From Eledone cirrhosa (taxonomy: Eukaryota): a DNA stretch of 64,000 nt. Below, one piece after another: positions 41,801-56,600 of the stretch. The stretch is from NCBI GenBank assembly GCA_964016885.1, contig OZ024744.1, positions 20,770,001 to 20,834,000 of the forward strand, given 5' to 3'. The notes beneath the pieces are model-generated. The model searched no databases and was not told where the DNA came from. It saw only the letters and a program-made list of their open reading frames with translations. Each line of letters starts with the position of its first letter. Position 1 is the stretch's first letter. A program made the position numbers and the translations under genes.

Positions 41801-44800
41801 GTTTTAACAACAGTTGAATCTTAAGAACTGACTTGTTCTAACAACAGTTCAGTCTCAAGAATTGACTCGTTTTAAAACAGTTGAATCGTTTGATCTGACT
41901 CGTTTTAACAACAGTTGAATCTTAAAATAAAACTCGTTTTAACAATAGTTGAATCTCAAGAAATGACTCGTTTTAGCAACAGTTGAATCTTAATAACTGA
42001 CTCGTTTTAACAACAGTTGAATGTTAAGATAAAACTCGTTTTAACAATAGTTGAATCTTAAGAACTGACTCGTTTTAACAACAGTTGAATCTTAAGATAA
42101 AACTCGTTTTAACAACTGTTGAATCTTAAGAACTGACTCGTTTTAACAACAGTTGAATCTTTAAATAAAACACGTTTTAACAACGGTTGAATATTAAGAA
42201 CTGACTCGTTTTAACAACAGTTGAATGTTAAGATAAAACTCGTTTTAACAATAGTTGAATCTTAAGAACTGACTCGTTTTAACAACAGTTGAATCTTAAG
42301 ATAAAACTCGTTTTAACAACAGTTGAATCTTAAGAAATGACTCGTTTTAACAACAGCTGAATCTTAAGATAAAACTCGTTTTAACAACAGTTCAAACTTA
42401 AGAAATGACTCGTTTTAACAAAAGTTGAATATTATGAACTCACTCATTTTAACAACAGTTGAATCTTAAGATAACATTCGTTTTAACAACAGTTGAATCT
42501 TAAGAACTGATTCGTTTTAACAACAGTTGAATCTTAAGATAAAACTCGTTTTAACAACAGTTGAATCTTAAGAACGGACTCGTTTTAACAACAGCTGAAT
42601 CTTAAGATAAAACTCGTTTTAACAACAGCTGAATCTTAAGATAAAACTCGTTTTAACAACAGTTGAATCTTAAGATAAAACTCGTTTTAACAACAGTTGA
42701 ATCTTAAGAACTGACTCGTTTTAACAACAGTTAAATCTTAAGATAAAACTCGTTTTAACAACAGTTGAATCTTATGAGCTAACTCATTTTAACAACAGTT
42801 GAATCTTAAGTTAAGACTCGTTTTAACAACAGTTGAATCTTAAGAACTGACTCGTTTTAACAACAGCTGAATCTTAAGATAAAACTCGTTTTAACAACAG
42901 TTGAATCTTAAGAACTGACTCGTTTTAACAACAGCTGAATCTTAAGATAAAACTCGTTTTAACAACAGTTGAATCTTAAGATAAAACTCGTTTTAACAAC
43001 AGTTGAATCTTAAGTACTGACTTGTTTTAACAACAGTTGAATCTTAAGATAAAACTCGTTTTAACAACAGTTGAATCTTATGAGCTAACTCATTTTAACG
43101 ACAGCTGAATCTTAAGATAAAACTTGTTTTAACAACAGTTGAATCTTAAAGATAAAACTCGCTTTAACAACAGTTGAATCTTAAGAACTGACTCGTTTTA
43201 ACAACAGTTGAATCTTAAGACAAAACCCGTTTTAACAACAGTTGAATCTTAAGAACTGTCTCGTTTTAACAACAGTTGAATCCTAAGATAAACCTCGTTT
43301 TAACAACAGATTAATCTTAAGAACTGACTCGTTCTAACAACAGTTGAATCTTAAGACAAAACTAGTTTTAACAACAGTTGAATCTTAAGAACTGACTTGT
43401 TCTAACAACAGTTCAGCCTCAAGAACTGACTCGTTTTAAAACAGTTGAATCGTTAGATCTGACTCGTTTTAACAACAGTTGAATCTTAAAATAAAACTCG
43501 TTTTAACAATAGTTGAATCTCAAGAACTGACTCGTTTTAGCAACAGTTGAATCTTAAGAACTGACTCGTTTTAACAACAGTTGAATGTTAAGATAAAACT
43601 CGTTTTAAAAATAGTTGAATCTTAAGAACTGACTCGTTTTAACAACAGTTGAATCTTAAGATAAAACTCGTTTTAACAACAGTTGAATCTTAAGAACTGA
43701 CTCATTTTAACAACAGTTGAATATTATGAACTCACTCATTTTAACAACACTTGAATCTTAAGATAACATTCGTTTTAACAACAGTTGAATCTTAAGAACT
43801 GATTCGTTTTAACAACAGTTGAATCTTAAGATAAAACTCGTTTTAACAACAGTTGAATCTTAAGAACGGACTCGTTTTAACAACAGCTGAATCTTAAGAT
43901 AAAACTCGTTTTAACAACAGTTGAATCTTAAGAACTGATTCGTTTTAACAACAGTTCAAACTTAAGAACTGATTCGTTTTAACAACAGTTGAATCTTATG
44001 AACTGACTCATTTTAACAACAGTTGAATCTTAAGATAACATTCGTTTTAACAACAGTTGAATCTTAAGAACTGACTCGTTTTAACAACAGTTGAATCTTA
44101 AGATAAAACTCGTTTTAACAACAGTTGATTCTTAAGAACTGACTCGTTTTAACAACAGCTGAATCTTAAGATAAAACTCGTTTTAACAACAGTTGAATCT
44201 TATGAACTGACTCATTTTAACAACAGTTGAATCTTAAGAACTGATTCGTTTTAACAACAGTTGAATCTTAAGATAAAACTCGTTTTAACAACAGTTGAAT
44301 CTTAAGAACTGACTCGTTTTAACAACAGCTGAATCTTAAGATAAAACTCGTTTTAACAACAGTTGATTCTTAAGAACTGACTCGTTTTAACAACAGCTGA
44401 ATCTTAAGATAAAACTCGTTTTAACAACAGTTGAATCTTAAGATAAAACTCGTTTTAACAACAGTTGAATCTTAAGAACTGACTCGTTTTAACAACAGTT
44501 GAATCTTAAGATAAAACTCGTTTTAACAACAGTTGAATCTTATGAACTAACTCATTTTAACAACAGTTAAATCTTAAGTTAAGACTCGTTTAAACAACAG
44601 TTGAATCTTAAGAACTGACTCGTTTTAACGACAGCTGAATCTTAAGATAAAACTCGTTTTAACAACAGTTGGATCTTAAGAACTGACTCGTTTTAACAAC
44701 AGTTGAATCTTACGATAAAACTCGCTTTAACAACCGTTGAATCTTATGAACTAACTCATTTTAACAACAGTTGAATCTTAAGTTAAGACTCGTTTTAACA

Positions 44801-45259
44801 ACAGTTGAATCTTAAGAACTGACTCGTTTTAACAACAGTTAAATCTTAAGACAAAACCCGTTTTAACAAGAGTTGAATCTTAAGAACTGTCTCGTTTTAA
44901 CAACAGTTGAATCTTGAGATAAACCTCGTTTTAACAACAGTTTAATATTAAGAACTGACTCGTTTTAACAACAGTTGAATCTTAAGACAAAACTCGTTTT
45001 AACAACAGTTGAATCTTAAGAACTGACTTGTTCTAACAACAGTTCAGCCTTAAGAACTGACTCGTTTTAAAACAGTTGAATCGTTAGAACTGACTCGTTT
45101 TAACAACAGTTGAATCTTAAAATAAAACTCGTTTTAACAATAGTTGAATCTCAAGAACTGACTCGTTTTAGCAACAGTTGAATCTTAAGATAACACTCGT
45201 TTTCATAACAGTTGAATCTTAAGAACTGTCTCGTTTTAACAACAGTTGAATTTTAAGAT

Positions 45260-47910
45260 AAACCTCGTTTTGACAACAGTTGAATCTTAAGAACTGACTC
45301 GTTTTAACAACAGTTAAATCTTAATAACTGACTCGTTTTAACAACAGTTGAATGTTAAGATAAAACTCGTTTTAACAATAGTTGAATCTTAAGAACTTAC
45401 TCGTTTTAACAACAGTTGAATCTTAAGATAAAACTCGTTTTAACAACTGTTGAATCTTAAGATAAGACTCGTTTTAACAACAGCTGAATCTTAAGATAAA
45501 ACTCGTTTTAACAACAGTTGAATCTTAAGAACTGACTCGTTTTAACAACAGTTGAATCTTCAAATAAAACTCGTTTTAACAACAGTTGAATCTTAAGAAC
45601 TGACTCGTTTTAACAACAGTTGAATGTTAAGATAAAACTCGTTTTAACAATAGTGGAATCTTAAGAACTGACTCGTTTTAACAACAGTTGAATCTTAAGA
45701 TAAAACTCGTTTTAACAACAGTTGAATCTTAAGAACTGACTCGTTTTAACAACAGCTGAATCTTAAGATAAAACTCGTTTTAACAACAGTTCAAACTTAA
45801 GAAATGACTCGTTTTAACAAAAGTTGAATCTTATGAACTCACTCATTTTAACAACAGTTGAATCTTAAGATAACATTCGTTTTAACAACAGTTGAATCTT
45901 AAGAACTGATTCGTTTTAACAACAGTTGAATCTTAAGATAAAACTCGTTTTAACAACACGTGAATCTTAAGAACGGACTCGTTTTAACAACACCTGAATC
46001 TTAAGATAAAACTCGTTTTAACAACAGTTGAATCTTAAGAACTGATTCGTTTTAACAACAGTTCAAACTTAAGAACTGACTCGTTTTAACAACAGTTGAA
46101 TCTTATGAACTGACTCATTTTAACAACAGTTGAATCTTAAGATAACATTCCTTTTAACAACAGTTGAATCTTAAGAACTGACTCGTTTTAACAACAGTTG
46201 AATCTTAAAGATAAAACTCGTTTCGACAACAGTTGAATCTTAAGAACTGACTCGTTTTAACAACAGCTGAATCTTAAGATAAAACTCGTTTTAACAACAG
46301 TTGAATCTTAAGATAAAACTCGTTTTAACAACAGTTGAATCTTAAGAACTGACTCGTTTTAACGACAGCTGAATCTTAAGATAAAACTCGTTTTAACAAC
46401 AGTTCAAACTTAAGAAATGACTCGTTTTAACAACAGTTGAATCTTATGAACTGACTCATTTTAACAACAGTTGAATCTTAAGAACTGATTCGTTTTAACA
46501 ACAGCTGAATCTTAAGATAAAACTCGTTTTAACAACAGTTGAATCTTAAGAACTGACTCGTTTTAACAACAGCTGAATCTTAAGATAAACCTCGTTTTGA
46601 CAACAGTTGAATCTTAAGAACTGACTCGTTTTAACAACAGTTAAATCTTAATAACTGACTCGTTTTAACAACAGTTGAATGTTAAGATAAAACTCGTTTT
46701 AACAATAGTTGAATCTTAAGAACTTACTCGTTTTAAAAACAGTTGAATCTTAAGATAAAACTCGTTTTAACAACTGTTGAATCTTAAGATAAGACTCGTT
46801 TTAACAACAGCTGAATCTTAAGATAAAACTCGTTTTAACAACAGTTGAATCTTAAGAACTGACTCGTTTTAACAACAGTTGAATCTTCAAATAAAACTCG
46901 TTTTAACAACAGTTGAATCTTAAGAACTGACTCGTTTTAACAACAGTTGAATGTTAAGATAAAACTCGTTTTAACAATAGTGGAATCTTAAGAACTGACT
47001 CGTTTTAACAACAGTTGAATCTTAAGATAAAACTCGTTTTAACAACAGTTGAATCTTAAGAACTGACTCGTTTTAACAACAGCTGAATCTTAAGATAAAA
47101 CTCGTTTTAACAACAGTTCAAACTTAAGAAATGACTCGTTTTAACAAAAGTTGAATCTTATGAACTCACTCATTTTAACAACAGTTGAATCTTAAGATAA
47201 CATTCGTTTTAACAACAGTTGAATCTTAAGAACTGATTCGTTTTAACAACAGTTGAATCTTAAGATAAAACTCGTTTTAACAACACGTGAATCTTAAGAA
47301 CGGACTCGTTTTAACAACACCTGAATCTTAAGATAAAACTCGTTTTAACAACAGTTGAATCTTAAGAACTGATTCGTTTTAACAACAGTTCAAACTTAAG
47401 AACTGACTCGTTTTAACAACAGTTGAATCTTATGAACTGACTCATTTTAACAACAGTTGAATCTTAAGATAACATTCCTTTTAACAACAGTTGAATCTTA
47501 AGAACTGACTCGTTTTAACAACAGTTGAATCTTAAAGATAAAACTCGTTTCGACAACAGTTGAATCTTAAGAACTGACTCGTTTTAACAACAGCTGAATC
47601 TTAAGATAAAACTCGTTTTAACAACAGTTGAATCTTAAGATAAAACTCGTTTTAACAACAGTTGAATCTTAAGAACTGACTCGTTTTAACGACAGCTGAA
47701 TCTTAAGATAAAACTCGTTTTAACAACAGTTCAAACTTAAGAAATGACTCGTTTTAACAACATTTGAATCTTATGAACTGACTCATTTTAACAACAGTTG
47801 AATCTTAAGAACTGATTCGTTTTAACAACAGCTGAATCTTAAGATAAAACTCGTTTTAACAACAGTTGAATCTTAAGAACTGACTCGTTTTAACAACAGC
47901 TGAATCTTAA
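45260..47910. repeat. Tandem duplication of a 1,327-bp (39-monomer) block
   Basis: GATAAGACTC at 45461/46788 and the private variant GATAACATTCCTTTT at 46141/47468. Confidence 0.85.
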
Positions 47911-50900
47911 GTTAAGACTCGTTTTAACAACAGTTGAATCTTAAGAACTGACTCGTTTTAACAACAGCTGAATCTTAAGATAAAACTCGTTTTAACAACA
48001 GTTGAATCTTAAGAACTGACTCGTTTTAACAACAGCTGAATCTTAAGATAAAACTCGTTTTAACAACAGTTGAATCTTAAGTTAAGACTCGTTTTAACAA
48101 CAGTTGAATCTTAAGAACTGACTCGTTTTAACGACAGCTGAATCTTAAGACAAAACCCGTTTTAACAACAGTTGAATCTTAAGAACTGTCTCGTTTTAAC
48201 AACAGTTGAATCTTAAGATAAACCTCGTTTTAACAACAGTTTAATCTTAAGAAGTGACTCGTTTTAACAACAGTTGAATCTTAAGACAAAACTCGTTTTA
48301 ACAACAGTTGAATCTTTAGAACTGACTTGTTCTAACAACAGTTCAGCCTTAAGAACTGACTCGTTTTAAAACAGTTGAATCGTTAGAACTGACTCGTTTT
48401 AACAACAGTTGAATCTTAAAATAAAACTCGTTTTAACAATAGTTGAATCTCAAGAACTGACTCGTTTTAGCAACAGTTGTATCTTAAGATAACACTCGTT
48501 TTCATAACAGTTGAATCTTAAGAACTGTCTCGTTTTAACAACAGTTGAATTTTAAGATAAACCTCGTTTTGACAACAGTTGAATCTTAAGAACTGACTCG
48601 TTTTAACAACAGTTAAATATTAAGATAAAACTCGTTTTAACAACTGTTGAATCTTAAGAACTGACTCGTTTTAACAACAGCTGAATCTTAAGATAAAACT
48701 CGTTTTAACAACAGTTGAATCTTAAGAACTGACTCGTTTTAACAACAGTTGAATCTTCAAATAAAACTCGTTTTAACAATAGTTGAATCTTAAGAACTGA
48801 CTCGTTTTAACAACAGTTGAATCTTAAGATAAAACTCGTTTTAACAACTGTTGAATCCTAAGTACTGACTCGTTTTAACAACAGCTGAATCTTAAGATAA
48901 AACTCGTTTTAACAACAGTTGATTCTTAAGAACTGACTCGTTTTAACAACAGTTGAATCTTCAAATAAAACTCGTTTTAACAACAGTTGAAACTTAAGAA
49001 CTGACTCGTTTTAACAACAGTTGAATGTTAAGATAAAACTCGTTTTAACAATAGTGGAATCTTAAGAACTGACTCGTTTTAACAACAGTTGAATCTTAAG
49101 AACTGACTCGTTTTAACAACAGCTGAATCTTAAGATAAAACTCGTTTTAACAACAGTTCAAACTTAAGAAATGACTCGTTTTAACAAAAGTTGAATCTTA
49201 TGAACTCACTCATTTTAACAACAGTTGAATCTTAAGATAACATTCGTTTTAACAACAGTTGAATCTTAAGAACTGATTCGTTTTAACAACAGTTGAATCT
49301 TAAGATAAAACTCGTTTTAACAACACGTGAATCTTAAGAACGGACTCGTTTTAACAACACCCGAATCTTAAGATAAAACTCGTTTTAACAACAGTTGAAT
49401 CTTAAGAACTGATTCGTTTTAACAACAGTTCAAACTTAAGAACTGACTCGTTTTAACAACAGTTGAATCTTATGAACTGAATCATTTTAACAACAGTTGA
49501 ATCTTAAGATAACATTCGTTTTAACAACAGTTGAATCTTAAGAACTGACTCGTTTTAACAACAGTTGAATCTTAAAGATAAAACTCGTTTCGACAACAGT
49601 TGAATCTTAAGAACTGACTCGTTTTAACAACAGCTGAATCTTAAGATAAAACTCGTTTTAACAACAGTTGAATCTTAAGATAAAACTCGTTTTAACAACA
49701 GTTGAATCTTAAGAACTGACTCGTTTTAACGACAGCTGAATCTTAAGATAAAACTCGTTTTAACAACAGTTCAAACTTAAGAAATGACTCGTTTTAACAA
49801 CAGTTGAATCTTATGAACTGACTCATTTTAACAACAGTTGAATCTTAAGAACTGATTCGTTTTAACAACAGCTGAATCTTAAGATAAAACTCGTTTTAAC
49901 AACAGTTGAATCTTAAGAACTGACTCGTTTTAACGACAGCTGAATCTTAAGATAAAACTCGTTTTAACAACAGTTCAAACTTAAGAAATGACTCGTTTTA
50001 ACAACAGTTGAATCTTATGAACTGACTCATTTTAACAACAGTTGAATCTTAAGAACTGATTCGTTTTAACAACAGCTGAATCTTAAGATAAAACTCGTTT
50101 TAACAACAGTTGAATCTTAAGAACTGACTCGTTTTAACAACAGCTGAATCTTAAGATAAAACTCGTTTTAACAACAGTTGAATCTTAAGAACTGACTCGT
50201 TTTAACAACAGCTGAATCTTAAGATAAAACTCGTTTTAACAACAGTTGAATCTTAAGATAAAACTCGTTTTAACAACAGTTGAATCTTAAGAACTGACTC
50301 TTTTTAACAACAGTTGAATCTTAAGATAAAACTCGTTTTAACAACAGTTGAATCTTATGAGCTAACTCATTTTAACAACAGTTGAATCTTAAGTTAAGAC
50401 TCGTTTTAACAACAGTTGAATCTTAAGAACTGACTCGTTTTAACAACAGCTGAATCTTAAGATAAAACTCGTTTTAACAACAGTTGAATCTTAAGTTAAG
50501 ACTCGTTTTAACAACAGTTGAATCTTAAGAACTGACTCGTTTTAACGACAGCTGAATCTTAAGACAAAACCCGTTTTAACAACAGTTGAATCTTAAGAAC
50601 TGTCTCGTTTTAACAACAGTTGAATCTTAAGATAAACCTCGTTTTAACAACAGTTTAATCTTAAGACAAAACTCGTTTTAACAACAGTTGAATCTTAAGA
50701 ACTGACTTGTTCTAACAACAGTTCAGCCTTAAGAACTGACTCGTTTTAAAACAGTTGAATCGTTAGAACTGACTCGTTTTAACAACAGTTGAATCTTAAA
50801 ATAAAACTCGTTTTAACAATAGTTGAATCTCAAGAACTGACTCGTTTTAGCAACAGTTGTATCTTAAGATAACACTCGTTTTCATAACAGTTGAATCTTA

Positions 50901-53689
50901 AGAACTGTCTCGTTTTAACAACAGTTGAATTTTAAGATAAACCTCGTTTTGACAACAGTTGAATCTTAAGAACTGACTCGTTTTAACAACAGTTAAATCT
51001 TAAGATAAAACTCGTTTTAACAACTGTTGAATCTTAAGAACTGACTCGTTTTAACAACAGCTGAATCTTAAGATAAAACTCGTTTTAACAACAGTTGAAT
51101 CTTAAGAACTGACTCGTTTTAACAACAGTTGAATCTTCAAATATAACTCGTTTTAACAATAGTTGAATCTTAAGAACTGACTCGTTTTAATAACAGTTGA
51201 ATCTTAAGATAAAACTCGTTTTAAGAACTGTTGAATCCTAAGAACTGACTCGTTTTAACAACAGCTGAATCTTAAGATAAAACTCGTTTTAACAACAGTT
51301 GAATCTTAAGAACTGACTCGTTTTAACAACAGTTGAATCTTCAAATAAAACTCGTTTTAACAACAGTTGAATCTTAAGTACTGACTCGTTTTAACAACAG
51401 TTGAATGTTAAGATAAAACTCGTTTTAACAATAGTGGAATCTTAAGAACTGACTCGTTTTAACAACAGTTGAATCTTAAGATAAAACTCGTTTTAACAAC
51501 AGTTGAATCTTAAGAACTGACTCGTTTTAACAACAGCTGAATCTTAAGATAAAACTCGTTTTAACAACAGTTCAAACTTAAGAAATGACTCGTTTTAACA
51601 AAAGTTGAATCTTATGAACTCACTCATTTTAACAACAGTTGAATCTTAAGATAACATTCGTTTTAACAACAGTTGAATCTTAAGAACTGATTCGTTTTAA
51701 CAACAGTTGAATCTTAAGATAAAACTCGTTTTAACAACACGTGAATCTTAAGAACGGACTCGTTTTAACAACACCTGAATCTTAAGATAAAACTCGTTTT
51801 AACAACAGTTGAATCTTAAGAACTGATTCGTTTTAACAACAGTTCAAACTTAAGAACTGACTCGTTTTAACAACAGTTGAATCTTATGAACTGACTCATT
51901 TTAACAACAGTTGAATCTTAAGATAACATTCGTTTTAACAACAGTTGAATCTTAAGAACTGACTCGTTTTAACAACAGTTGAATCTTAAAGATAAAACTC
52001 GTTTCGACAACAGTTGAATCTTAAGAACTGACTCGTTTTAACAACAGCTGAATCTTAAGATAAAACTCGTTTTAACAACAGTTGAATCTTAAGATAAAAC
52101 TCGTTTTAACAACAGTTGAATCTTAAGAACTGACTCGTTTTAACGACAGCTGAATCTTAAGATAAAACTCGTTTTAACAACAGTTCAAACTTAAGAAATG
52201 ACTCGTTTTAACAACAGTTGAATCTTATGAACTGACTCATTTTAACAACAGTTGAATCTTAAGAACTGATTCGTTTTAACAACAGCTGAATCTTAAGATA
52301 AAACTCGTTTTAACAACAGTTGAATCTTAAGAACTGACTCGTTTTAACAACAGCTGAATCTTAAGATAAAACTCGTTTTAACAACAGTTGAATCTTAAGA
52401 ACTGACTCGTTTTAACAACAGCTGAATCTTAAGATAAAACTCGTTTTAACAACAGTTAAATCTTAATAACTGACTCGTTTTAACAACAGTTGAATGTTAA
52501 GATAAAACTCGTTTTAACAATAGTTGAATCTTAAGAACTGACTCGTTTTAACAACAGTTGAATCTTAAGATAAAACTCGTTTTAACAACACGTGAATCTT
52601 AAGAACGGACTCGTTTTAACAACACCTGAATCTTAAGATAAAACTCGTTTTAACAACAGTTGAATCTTAAGAACTGATTCGTTTTAACAACAGTTCAAAC
52701 TTAAGAACTGACTCATTTTAACAACAGTTGAATCTTATGAACTGACTCATTTTAACAACAGTTGAATCTTAAGATAACATTCGTTTTAACAACAGTTGAA
52801 TCTTAAGAACTGACTCGTTTTAACAACAGTTGAATCTTAAAGATAAAACTCGTTTCGACAACAGTTGAATCTTAAGAACTGACTCGTTTTAACAACAGCT
52901 GAATCTTAAGATAAAACTCGTTTTAACAACAGTTGAATCTTAAGATAAAACTCGTTTTAACAACAGTTGAATCTTAAGTACTGACTCGTTTTAACGACAG
53001 CTGAATCTTAAGATAAAACTCGTTTTAACAACAGTTCAAACTTAAGAAATGACTCGTTTTAACAACAGTTGAATCTTATGAACTGACTCATTTTAACAAC
53101 AGTTGAATCTTAAGAACTGATTCGTTTTAACAACAGCTGAATCTTAAGATAAAACTCGTTTTAACAACAGTTGAATCTTAAGAACTGACTCGTTTTAACA
53201 ACAGCTGAATCCTAAGATAAAACTCGTTTTAACAACAGTTGAATCTTAAGATAAAACTCGTTTTAACAACAGTTGAATCTTAAGAACTGACTCTTTTTAA
53301 CAACAGTTGAATCTTAAGATAAAACTCGTTTTAACAACAGTTGAATCTTATGAGCTAACTCATTTTAACAACAGTTGAAACTTAAGTTAAGACTCGTTTT
53401 AACAACAGTTGAATCTTAAGAACTGACTCGTTTTAACAACAGCTGAATCTTAAGATAAAACTCGTTTTAACAACAGTTGAATCTTAAGAACTGACTCGTT
53501 TTAACAACAGCTGAATCTTAAGATAAAACTCGTTTTAACAACAGTTGAATCTTAAGTTAAGACTCGTTTTAACAACAGTTGAATCTTAAGAACTGACTCG
53601 TTTTAACGACAGCTGAATCTTAAGACAAAACCCGTTTTAACAACAGTTGAATCTTAAGAACTGTCTCGTTTTAACAACAGTTGAATCTT

Positions 53690-56600
53690 AAGATAAACCT
53701 CGTTTTAACAACAGTTGAATCTTAAGAACTGTCTCGTTTTAACAACAGTTGAATTTTAAGATAAACCTCGTTTTGACAACAGTTGAATCTTAAGAACTGA
53801 CTCGTTTTATCAACAGTTAAATCTTAATAACTGACTCGTTTTAACAACAGTTGAATGTTAAGATAAAACTCGTTTTAACAATAGTTGAATCTTAAGAACT
53901 GACTCGTTTTAACAAAAGTTGAATCTTAAGATAAAACTCGTTTTAGCAACTGTTGAATCTTAAGAACTGACTCGTTTTAACAACAGCTGAATCTTAAGAT
54001 AAAACTCGTTTTAACAACAGTTGAATCTTAAGAACTGACTCGTTTTAACAACAGTTGAATCTTCAAATAAAACTCGTTTTAACAACAGTTGAATCTTCAA
54101 ATAAAACTCGTTTTAACAACAGTTGAATCTTAAGAACTGACTCGTTTTAACAACAGTTGAATTTTAAGATAAAACTCGTTTTAACAATAGTGGAATCTTA
54201 AGAACTGACTCGTTTTAACAACAGTTGAATCTTAAGATAAAACTCGTTTTAACAACAGTTGAATCTTAAGAACTGATTCGTTTTAACAACAGTTCAAACT
54301 TAAGAACTGACTCGTTTTAACAACAGTTGAATCTTATGAACTGACTCATTTTAACAACAGTTGAATCTTAAGATAACATTCGTTTTAACAACAGTTGAAT
54401 CTTAAGAACTGACTCGTTTTAACAACAGTTGAATCTTAAAGATAAAACTCGTTTCGACAACAGTTGAATCTTAAGAACTGACTCGTTTTAACAACAGCTG
54501 AATCTTAAGATAAAACTCGTTTTAACAACAGTTGAATCTTAAGAACTGACTCGTTTTAACGACAGCTGAATCTTAAGATAAAACTCGTTTTAACAACAGT
54601 TCAAACTTAAAAAATGACTCGTTTTAACAACAGTTGAATCTTATGAACTGACTCATTTTAACAACAGTTGAATCTTAAGAACTGATTCGTTTTAACAACA
54701 GCTGAATCTTAAGATAAAACTCGTTTTAACAACAGTTGAATCTTAAGAACTGATTCGTTTTAACAACAGCTGAATCTTAAGATAAAACTCGTTTTAACAA
54801 CAGTTGAATCTTAAGAACTGACTCGTTTTAACAACAGCTGAATCTTAAGATAAAACTCGTTTTAACAACAGTTGAATCTTAAGATAAAACTCGTTTTAAC
54901 AACAGTTCAAACTTAAGAAATGACTCGTTTTAACAAAAGTTGAATCTTATGAACTCACTCATTTTAACAACAGTTGAATCTTAAGATAACATTCGTTTTA
55001 ACAACAGTTGAATCTTAAGAACTGATTCGTTTTAATAACAGTTGAATGTTAAGATAAAACTCGTTTTAACAATAGTGGAATCTTAAGAACTGACTCGTTT
55101 TAACAACAGTTGAATCTTAAGATAAAACTCGTTTTAACAACAGTTGAATCTTAAGAACTGACTCGTTTTAACGACAGCTGAATCTTAAGATAAAACTCGT
55201 TTTAACAACAGTTCAAACTTAAGAAATGACTCGTTTTAACAACAGTTGAATCTTATGAACTGACTCATTTTAACAACAGTTGAATCTTAAGAACTGATTC
55301 GTTTTAACAACAGTTGAATCTTAAGATAAAACTCGTTTTAACAACAGTTGAATCTTAAGAACTGACTCGTTTTAACAACAGCTGAATCTTAAGATAAAAC
55401 TCGTTTTAACAACAGTTGATTCTTAAGAACTGACTCGTTTTAACAACAGCTGAATCTTAAGATAAAACTCGTTTTAACAACAGTTGAATCTTAAGATAAA
55501 ACTCGTTTTAACAACAGTTGAATCTTAAGAACTGACTCGTTTTAACAACAGTTGAATCTTAAGATAAAACTCGTTTTAACAACAGTTGAATCTTATGAAC
55601 TAACTCATTTTAACAACAGTTGAATCTTAAGTTAAGACTCGTTTTAACAACAGTTGAATCTTAAGAACTGACTCGTTTTAACGACAGCTGAATCTTAAGA
55701 TAAAACTCGTTTTAACAACAGTTGGATCTTAAGAACTGACTCGTTTTAACAACAGTTGAATCTTACGATAAAACTCGTTTTAACAACAGTTGAATCTTAT
55801 GAACTAACTCATTTTAACAACAGTTGAATCTTAAGTTAAGACTCGTTTTAACAACAGTTGAATCTTAAGACAAAACCCGTTTTAACAACAGTTGAGTCTT
55901 AAGAACTGTCTCGTTTTAACAACATTTGAATCTTAAGATAAACCTCGTTTTAACAACAGTTTAATCTTAAGAACTGACTCGTTTTAACAACAGTTGAATC
56001 TTAAGACAAAACTCGTTTTAACAACAGTTGAATCTTAAGAACTGACTTGTTCTAACAACAGTTCAGCCTTAAGAACTGACTCGTTTTAAAACAGTTGAAT
56101 CGTTAGAACTGACTCGTTTTAACAACAGTTGAATCTTAAAATAAAACTCGTTTTAACAATAGTTGAATCTCAAGAACTGACTCGTTTTAGCAACAGTTGA
56201 ATCTTAAGATAACACTCGTTTTCATAACAGTTGAATCTTAAGAACTGTCTCGTTTTAACAACAGTTGAATTTTAAGATAAACCTCGTTTTGACAACAGTT
56301 GAATCTTAAGAACTGACTCGTTTTAACAACAGTTAAATCTTAATAACTGACTCGTTTTAACAACAGTTGAATGTTAAGATAAAACTCGTTTTAACAATAG
56401 TTGAATCTTAAGAACTGACTCGTTTTAACAACAGTTGAATCTTAAGATAAAACTCGTTTTAACAACAGTTGAATCTTAAGATAAACCTCGTTTTAACAAC
56501 AGTTGAATCTTAAGAACTGTCTCGTTTTAACAACAGTTGAATTTTAAGATAAACCTCGTTTTGACAACAGTTGAATCTTAAGAACTGACTCGTTTTATCA

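Larger units (their letters stand above)
18300..54600. repeat. Large tandem segmental duplication: copy 1 ~18.3-34.7 kb, copy 2 ~34.7-54.6 kb
   Basis: Colinear rare variants with a stepwise increasing offset: 18731/35052 (16,321), 23797/41852 (18,055), 25241/43330 and 26621/44710 (18,089), 29073/48251 (19,178), 33912/53804 and 34559/54451 (19,892). Confidence 0.85.
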
